Origin: an uncultured Verrucomicrobiae bacterium
GTDB lineage: Bacteria; Chlamydiota; Chlamydiia; Chlamydiales; Rhabdochlamydiaceae
Direction of reading: 5' to 3'
Assembly: GCA_963718565.1 (NCBI GenBank)
Contig: OY970364.1
Location: 1,792,001-1,856,000 of the forward strand
DNA: 64,000 nucleotides
In this document: positions 57,778 through 64,000 of the stretch, one piece after another
Layout of the letters: every line of letters starts with the position of its first letter
Position numbering within the stretch: the stretch's first letter is position 1
Program-made: the position numbers and the translations under genes
The notes under the pieces: generated by a model
What the model saw: only the letters and a program-made list of their open reading frames with translations
Told to the model about the DNA's origin: nothing
Databases searched by the model: none

Positions 57778-57986
57778 GCAGCGCAGGAGAGCGCGGTCAG
57801 CGCGTGGGGGGATCAGTGCTTTGCACGGCCCCTCGACGAGCACGCGATTTGGCAAAGCGAGCTGAGTCTCAAGGGGCCAGCAGGGGACATTGGACACGAA
57901 GTGCTGTGTCCCCGACATGTGAAAAAGAAGCACTTTAAAAACTTTTAGTGAATTTAAAAAAATCTTCTTAATTTCCTGCGCCCTGA
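57778..57986 (-). repeat. Diverged inverted copy of the 178-bp unit plus flank
   Basis: GCAGCGCAGGAGAGCGCGGTCAGCGC..ATCAGTGCTTTGCACGGCCCC...TTAATTTCCTGCGCCCTG is the reverse complement of ~56183-56391 with substitutions. Confidence 0.85.
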
Positions 57987-58064
57987 CTGATTTGAAGCTT
58001 ATTGTTGTTATTAATGATTGAATAGAGCACCCTAAAGATTTTTTAACCTAAGGGATTTACAGAA

Positions 58065-58865
58065 ATGAGATTGTCGGGGTTGTTAAGGTTAGCGCTTCAA
58101 GATTTAAAAAAGGGATTCCTTCAATATCGAGTTTGGGCCCATCTTGGCTGGGCCGAAGTGAAACAGCGTTATCGCCGTTCTGTGATTGGCCCCTGGTGGA
58201 TCAGTTTAAGTATGCTCATTTTCATCATGATGATGGGGATCGTTTTCAGCAGACTATTTCATCAGAGATTAGATGAGTACATCCCTTTCTTTACGGCAGG
58301 ATTTCTATTTTGGACCTTTATTTCTAGTAGTGTTGTAGAGGCTGCAGAGGTTTTTAGGTCCAATGGCGGATACATCAAACAAATAAATCTTCCCTTCAGC
58401 TTATATGTATTTAAACATCTTGTCCGTCAGGTGATATGTCTCATGCATAATTCAGTGATTTACCTTTTGGTCTGTGTTTTTTTTAAATTGAATCCCGGGA
58501 TTTTCGTGCTATTAATTATTCCCGGATTTTTACTGCTGGCTCTTAACATTTATTGGATCTGTTTCTTAGTGGGCATCATTTGTGTGCGCTATCGGGATAT
58601 GGTCCCCATGATTACCAGTTGTGTTCAGATCGCTTTTTTTGTGACACCTATTTCTTGGATGCCCAGGTTGCTAGATCAGAATCCATCTATCTTAAAATAT
58701 AATCCTTTGAATTATATGTTAGATATTGTTCGGTCCCCTCTTCTTGGTGATGTCCCTGCTATGATGAGCTGGGTTGTCAATATAAACATGGCGCTCATAG
58801 GGTGCGTGATTAGCTGTATCATCTTTTCAATTGCGCGGTCGCGCATTGCATTTTGGGTGGATTAA
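58065..58865 (+). CDS. wzm: Polysaccharide ABC exporter permease
   Basis: VKQRYRRS.IG..W, RYRD, FF.TPI.W, NPL..LD..R.PLLG motifs. Confidence 0.9.
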   Translation: MRLSGLLRLALQDLKKGFLQYRVWAHLGWAEVKQRYRRSVIGPWWISLSMLIFIMMMGIVFSRLFHQRLDEYIPFFTAGFLFWTFISSSVVEAAEVFRSNGGYIKQINLPFSLYVFKHLVRQVICLMHNSVIYLLVCVFFKLNPGIFVLLIIPGFLLLALNIYWICFLVGIICVRYRDMVPMITSCVQIAFFVTPISWMPRLLDQNPSILKYNPLNYMLDIVRSPLLGDVPAMMSWVVNINMALIGCVISCIIFSIARSRIAFWVD

Positions 58866-58869
58866 TCCT

Positions 58870-59604
58870 ATGGCATGTGTCGAAGTGGAAAATGTTTCTT
58901 TAATGTATCCCATTTATGGATCAAATGCACGTTCGTTTAAAGCAACGTTAATCAGCAAAGCAACAGGCGGACGTCTCGGTGAAAATAGTGGGAGTATTGT
59001 TGTCGAAGCGCTCAGAGATGTGAGCTTCAAGCTTGACAAAGGCGATCGGTTGGCTTTAATTGGGCACAATGGTGCGGGTAAATCCACTCTTCTTAAGGTC
59101 CTTGCGCAGATTTATGAACCCACAAAAGGTTTTGTCAATGTAAGAGGGCGAGTGAATTGCCTCTTTGACATCATGATGGGCATGGACCATGAGCTGAACG
59201 GTTATGAAAACATCATGCTACGTGGACTCATCTTGGGGCTTTCGAAATCAGAGATACGAAAAATTATTCCCTTGGTAGAGGAGTTTTCAGAGCTCGGCGA
59301 TTTTATGAAAATGCCAATAAAATCGTATTCGTCTGGAATGAAAGTGCGTTTAGCATTTGGGATCATCACTAATGTCTTTTCCGAGATTCTACTCATTGAT
59401 GAAGTTGTTAATGTAGGTGATGCAAGTTTTCTAGAAAAGGCTAAAGCTCAGATGAAGAGCCTAGTTCATCAGTCCGAATTCATGGTGCTTTCCTCGCATG
59501 ATACTCATGTGATCCGAGAATTTTGCAACAAGGCTTTATGGTTGGAGAAAGGCATTGTAAAATTTTTTGGGGGCGTGGAAGAAGCGTTTAAAATGTATCA
59601 ATAA
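58870..59604 (+). CDS. wzt: Polysaccharide ABC exporter ATPase
   Basis: GHNGAGKST, YSSGM..RLAF, LLIDE motifs; no C-terminal carbohydrate-binding domain. Confidence 0.9.
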   Translation: MACVEVENVSLMYPIYGSNARSFKATLISKATGGRLGENSGSIVVEALRDVSFKLDKGDRLALIGHNGAGKSTLLKVLAQIYEPTKGFVNVRGRVNCLFDIMMGMDHELNGYENIMLRGLILGLSKSEIRKIIPLVEEFSELGDFMKMPIKSYSSGMKVRLAFGIITNVFSEILLIDEVVNVGDASFLEKAKAQMKSLVHQSEFMVLSSHDTHVIREFCNKALWLEKGIVKFFGGVEEAFKMYQ

Positions 59605-59615
59605 GACAGCTCTAA

Positions 59616-59743
59616 GAGTCAGTCCACAAACCGGGTGTAAACAAAAATAATGCATGCGCACATTATGCAGTCAAGCAAAATTTTTTGCATTCAAATTTTT
59701 CATCCACGAAGGGTATACTTTGATTTACACCCCCACAAACCTG
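59616..59743. repeat. Family B-related element between convergent genes, overlapping the 3' end of the GT gene
   Basis: TAA GAGTCAGTCCACAAACC; shares TTTTGCATTC and CACGAAGGGTAT modules with 41514-41538 and ~46315-46338. Confidence 0.7.
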
Positions 59744-61709
59744 TTACTTTGATTTTATTTCTTATTTTTGATATCATTGCGCTTGCTATCCCTTTTAAAC
59801 CACGCAATTCTATTATAGATCCTGCTTTTAGAAAGTTTCGACCAGCTGAATTCATTAGAGAGGCTGCTCTTTTTCGATATCTCATTGCTAATTTTTCCCT
59901 TCCGATATAGACCTTGTCGTTTGAAGGCTGTTGTATTTTTTCTAAATGTTTGCGTAGAGTGATCATGCTGTGGCGCCATGTATAATTTGAAAGAACAGTT
60001 TGTCTTGCCCGATGACTTATCGAAGCAATCGTTGGTGGATCTAAGTGCAGAGAGTGGTCGACTTTCAAACAGAGATCTTTCAGATCAGGTTCCCACCAAT
60101 CGCCCACATCCTCAAATCCTTTATCTCTATAATCAGCTTTGACGGGAATCCCTTCGAAAAAAATAGAATTCTCTTCTCGAATAAATTCCTTTGTAGCGCC
60201 ATAGTTGGGTATGACGCACACCAATCCACAGGCCATAGCCTCTAAGACGGGGAATCCGAAACCTTCACTCCGTGAATTTAATAGATAGAATTCACAGGAA
60301 CGGTATAGAGTTGCCATATCCGCATTGCTGACGTATTCTCTGAAAGCTGGCTGGAGCAGCGCCATTTGTTGGGTCGCATCTATCCTGACGATAAAATTGC
60401 CCATTCTTAATCTGGAGTCGTGATTCATGGCTATCTTGGAGCACTCGATTCCCTTCCCATATAAAACAAGAAAAACGCCAGGGTGCTTTGATCGAATTTG
60501 ATTCCACATTTGAAGTGTCACATCTAGTGCTTTTCGATATTGGTTTTGGAAAACACACAGCAGAGATTTGGCCCAAGGAAAAGAGAGTTTAGGGCCCCAA
60601 GGATTATAAATGTCTGTTTCTACTCCAAAAGGGAGAATAGATGTGTTTGTGAACCCCGATTTCTCAAAAACTTCTTTATTCCAATGAGATGGGACGAATA
60701 CGTGTTTGAATTTCTTGCTCTTGTTTATCCATGAATGAGGAAGTTGGGAGGTTTCCCACACAGTCAACAAATAATCAGAATCGTACATTTCTGGATGCAT
60801 AATAGGAGAAAGAGTAGGAGCGCTAGAACTGGAACTCATGAATCCATACTTATTTAAGTAAGACCCTAAAAATTCATTCGTTGTGCTCCATGAGCATGCA
60901 ATAGTTGAAGGAAGAAGAAGCATGTTCGCAGAGACAAAGGGAAAGCGGAGACGATATTTAAGATGATCCTTTGCAAAATACCCTTTGTTTCTTTTGATCA
61001 ATCTTGTTTTGTCGTATGTTTTTTGCTTATTAAACGTTGAGCTAGCGTAATGTTTAATTAGCGAGGTTTGATCATAAGCGCAACGAAATCCAGCGAGTTG
61101 CGCTCTGAAACAAAAATCTGTATCTTCATGATAAAATTGATACCTTTCATCCAGGAGACCGATAGCTTCAAACACAGCCCTTTTCACTAAGACGCAAGTA
61201 AATTCACAAAAATCTGCCTCAAGCAGCTCAGGATTACCATGGGCAGCATCAAATTCAAATCCAAAATCCAGTTGTGTTAAGTTCCAGCTTCCCCTTTTAA
61301 TGTCGCGTATGTCCTTGTCTGCTTGGGCTATGACAATTTGCCTAGGCGATACGAGGCCCAAATTATTCTCGAATTCGGCTCGTTTAAGAAGTTGGGTGGC
61401 TACAGAAGTTTGAAATTCGACGTCATTGTTGATGATGAGCACATACTCTGCCCCGCGTTTAAGCGCTTCCTTGATTCCTAGATTCACAGCTTCAGTAAAA
61501 GTAGCGCGAGAATGCATCTGAATGCATTGAAATCCATTTTCAAGGCATTTCTGTTCTGTTCCATCGTTACTTCCTTGATCGATGATGGCGATTTGATCTT
61601 TCGGAAGATCTATGGTCGGGAGTAGACGAGCTAATAGATGCCAGCCTTCAATACTAGGAATAATCGCCATACACTTTTTCACGACTGTATGTGCCTGAAA
61701 TCCTTGCAT
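59700..61709 (-). CDS. Bifunctional GT2 + GT4 glycosyltransferase
   Basis: N-terminal IDQGS.DGT, NND, LDE.Y..Y.EDTD; C-terminal SRSEGFG.P.LEAMACG. Confidence 0.85.
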   Translation of the reverse strand: MQGFQAHTVVKKCMAIIPSIEGWHLLARLLPTIDLPKDQIAIIDQGSNDGTEQKCLENGFQCIQMHSRATFTEAVNLGIKEALKRGAEYVLIINNDVEFQTSVATQLLKRAEFENNLGLVSPRQIVIAQADKDIRDIKRGSWNLTQLDFGFEFDAAHGNPELLEADFCEFTCVLVKRAVFEAIGLLDERYQFYHEDTDFCFRAQLAGFRCAYDQTSLIKHYASSTFNKQKTYDKTRLIKRNKGYFAKDHLKYRLRFPFVSANMLLLPSTIACSWSTTNEFLGSYLNKYGFMSSSSSAPTLSPIMHPEMYDSDYLLTVWETSQLPHSWINKSKKFKHVFVPSHWNKEVFEKSGFTNTSILPFGVETDIYNPWGPKLSFPWAKSLLCVFQNQYRKALDVTLQMWNQIRSKHPGVFLVLYGKGIECSKIAMNHDSRLRMGNFIVRIDATQQMALLQPAFREYVSNADMATLYRSCEFYLLNSRSEGFGFPVLEAMACGLVCVIPNYGATKEFIREENSIFFEGIPVKADYRDKGFEDVGDWWEPDLKDLCLKVDHSLHLDPPTIASISHRARQTVLSNYTWRHSMITLRKHLEKIQQPSNDKVYIGREKLAMRYRKRAASLMNSAGRNFLKAGSIIELRGLKGIASAMISKIRNKIKVTGLWGCKSKYTLRG

Positions 61710-61769
61710 ATTTACCTCGTTTAGAGAAAAATAATATACACGATGCTAAAATTTAGGATGAAATGAGAA

Positions 61770-62450
61770 ATGATGCAAAAGAGAACAGTTGAACCTCAAT
61801 ACGATGGACATGTTGAATTGAAACTTACACAAGGTCTTGCAAAATTAGGGGTGGAAAAAAACGCAAATTGGCATGCGGATCCAAAGCGTTTGGTTTTTGT
61901 GCTTTCGAGATATAAATTTGTCGCTAAAATGCTCTCGGGGAAAAATCGTGTTCTTGAAGTGGGTTGCGGTGACGGGTTTCCAGTGAGAATCGTTTTACAA
62001 GAAGTCGGATCCGTGCATGGGATTGATATTGACCCTATTTTTATTGAAGATATCCGCGAGCGAATGGATGAAAAATGGACGTTTACTTCAGCAGTGCACG
62101 ACATCCTTTCAGGGCCTGTTGAAGGACAATACGATGCAGCTTATTCCCTAGATGTGCTTGAGCATATTCCGAAGAAGGAAGAGAGGAAATTTATTGAAAA
62201 TATTGTCAAAAGTTTATCAAAAACAGGCACGCTTATTATTGGGATGCCCTCGCTAGAATCTCAATCTTATGCCTCCCCTTTAAGTAAAGTGGGTCATGTG
62301 AACTGTAAAATGGGTGGAGATTTGAAAGCCTTGATTCTCGATTATTTTGATAATGTTTTTATGTTTTCTATGAATGATGAGGTTGTCCATACTGGCTTTC
62401 AACCTATGGCCCAATATTTATTTGCTATTGGAGCGGGGGTGAAAGATTAA
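61770..62450 (+). CDS. Class I SAM-dependent methyltransferase
   Basis: VLEVGCGDG, GIDID, DVLEHI motifs. Confidence 0.85.
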   Translation: MMQKRTVEPQYDGHVELKLTQGLAKLGVEKNANWHADPKRLVFVLSRYKFVAKMLSGKNRVLEVGCGDGFPVRIVLQEVGSVHGIDIDPIFIEDIRERMDEKWTFTSAVHDILSGPVEGQYDAAYSLDVLEHIPKKEERKFIENIVKSLSKTGTLIIGMPSLESQSYASPLSKVGHVNCKMGGDLKALILDYFDNVFMFSMNDEVVHTGFQPMAQYLFAIGAGVKD

Positions 62451-62454
62451 AAAT

Positions 62455-63618
62455 ATGTCGCAAGATTTTTCATGCACTATGTGCGCAAATCGCACTGTAA
62501 GCACAATCGTTGATTTTGGGCTGCACCCTCCTGCAAATCGATTTATAGCCAAGGACTCTCTTGAAAAAGACGAGGATATTTATCCGCTGGGCATCGGATA
62601 TTGCTCATCCTGTAAAAACATTCAACTTTCCTGCCGCATGCCGATGCAGGAAATCAGGCCGCGCTTTGATTGGATTGCATATCAGGAGCCCGAACAGCAT
62701 CTCGATGAAGTTGCACGCCATCTTTTTCGATTGCCAGGGATCGGTTCAGCTTCGCGTATTTTAGGCGTGACCTATAAAGATCAAAGCACTTTGGATCGAT
62801 TATTGCGATTAGGGACGTCTCCAGGGGTTTGTCTTTCCAAAGAGGACTTTTCCATTTTTCGCGACCCTGAACTGGTTTTGAACGCAGAAGAGAAGCATAT
62901 CCCCGTGGATTTGTTGATCGCTCGGCATATCGCAGAGCATGCGCTGGATGCTGTGGGCCTTATTCGTAAGCTAAAAAAATTGATTGCTCCTGAAGGCTAT
63001 TTGGTCATCGAAGTTCCCGATTGTGAAAAATTTTTAAGGACGGGCAATCATGCTTTTGTTTGGGAAGAACACCTCAGCTATTTTACTCAAGAATCGCTAT
63101 TAGTATTAGCAGAGAAAATAGAAGCCAGGATAGTTTGGTTCGCACGATATCCCTATCCTTATGAAGATTCCTTAGTAGCAGCATTTCAATGGATACCAAA
63201 CTCTCAAAAGCTGGACGCTACGCTGCACCAAAGCCCTGGGATTGAAACTGTCGGCGATTTATTGCAACGCTTTAAACAAAGCCTATCGGCGTCCAAATCG
63301 GAGTGGCGAGCTCGATTGCAAGCCTATCGCGATCAAGGACATCGATTAGCTGTTTTTGGCGCGGGGCATTTGGCTGCAAAATGGATTAATTTTCTTTGTG
63401 TATCAGATCTTATTGATTGCGTGATTGATGATCATCCTAACAAAATTGGCATGTATATGCCGGGTTCCAAATTGCCCATTTTGCCGTCTAGCGCTTTATG
63501 CGAAACTGGAATCAAGGTGTGTATTTCTACCCTAAGTCCGGAAAGTGAACGCAAAGTGCGGACGAAATTAAGTCATTATTTTGATCACGGGGGAATGTTT
63601 ATTTCTGCATTCATATGA
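62455..63618 (+). CDS. NDP-sugar C-methyltransferase-like protein
   Basis: N-terminal CxxC...CxxC zinc site, HI.EH, IEVP, EH.SYF, FGA, DD...K.G.YMPG motifs; the SAM-binding segment looks shortened. Confidence 0.75.
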   Translation: MSQDFSCTMCANRTVSTIVDFGLHPPANRFIAKDSLEKDEDIYPLGIGYCSSCKNIQLSCRMPMQEIRPRFDWIAYQEPEQHLDEVARHLFRLPGIGSASRILGVTYKDQSTLDRLLRLGTSPGVCLSKEDFSIFRDPELVLNAEEKHIPVDLLIARHIAEHALDAVGLIRKLKKLIAPEGYLVIEVPDCEKFLRTGNHAFVWEEHLSYFTQESLLVLAEKIEARIVWFARYPYPYEDSLVAAFQWIPNSQKLDATLHQSPGIETVGDLLQRFKQSLSASKSEWRARLQAYRDQGHRLAVFGAGHLAAKWINFLCVSDLIDCVIDDHPNKIGMYMPGSKLPILPSSALCETGIKVCISTLSPESERKVRTKLSHYFDHGGMFISAFI

Positions 63619-64000
63619 TCGAGCTTTCTTTAAAAAAGGTTAATGAAGAACTTTATTTGGCCACAGATGCAATTGTCCGTTTCGATCGGCAAGCGATTGC
63701 ATTTATCAAGGAAAAAGCATTGAACAATCGGCGCGGCCGGGCAAGGATTTGTGCGCATAAAAGTAACGATGATCCTTTGCATGAAATGCTGATTGCCATT
63801 CGGTCGGATAGCTATATTCGCCCGCACAGACATCGTAATAAGGCTGAATCTTTTCATTTAATTGAAGGAAGAGCCGATATTGTTATTTTAAATGAGATAG
63901 GCGAGATAATCGATGTGATAAAATTAGGACTAGAAGCTAATTTTTATTATCGTTTAGACGATCCGCATTATCACACATTATTAATTCATACTCCGATCCT
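63615..64000 (+). CDS. WbuC-family cupin (partial, runs off window end)
   Basis: MIELSL...RARICAHKSNDDPLHEMLIA...YIRPHRH..KAESFHLIEG. Confidence 0.8.
   Translation, partial: MIELSLKKVNEELYLATDAIVRFDRQAIAFIKEKALNNRRGRARICAHKSNDDPLHEMLIAIRSDSYIRPHRHRNKAESFHLIEGRADIVILNEIGEIIDVIKLGLEANFYYRLDDPHYHTLLIHTPI

Overview
Chromosomal window from a member of the phylum Chlamydiae, probably an environmental lineage. The assignment rests on the long chlamydial-type GreA, a TopA-SWIB fusion, a long ThyX and a TyrP permease. Housekeeping genes (oppA, yggT, a dus-acyP fusion, rdgB, greA, thyX, tyrP, uvrB, topA) are interleaved with a roughly 39-kb surface-glycan region. That region holds O-antigen ligase/Wzy-like proteins, gmd, manC, Wzx, Wzm/Wzt, many glycosyl- and methyltransferases, and an apparently complete UbiA/DprE1/DprE2/GtrA polyprenyl-phospho-arabinose pathway. 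Four inverse-autotransporter-like genes with beta-helix passengers occur as two pairs, each pair having near-identical 5' parts and periodically variable 3' parts. One pair is tandem. The other forms a 1661-bp inverted repeat around a GDP-sugar/Wzy operon and is a candidate invertible switch. Intergenic DNA carries a modular set of palindromic MITE-like elements. Two families have GAG-starting ends and TTA/TAA duplications, and two have TA ends. Several elements sit on stop codons or supply C-terminal residues, one lies in frame inside a lipoprotein signal peptide, one module is amplified as a 4x178-bp array, and two host identical 1179-bp IS copies with 7-bp target duplications. All calls come from reading the sequence; no database searches were run.
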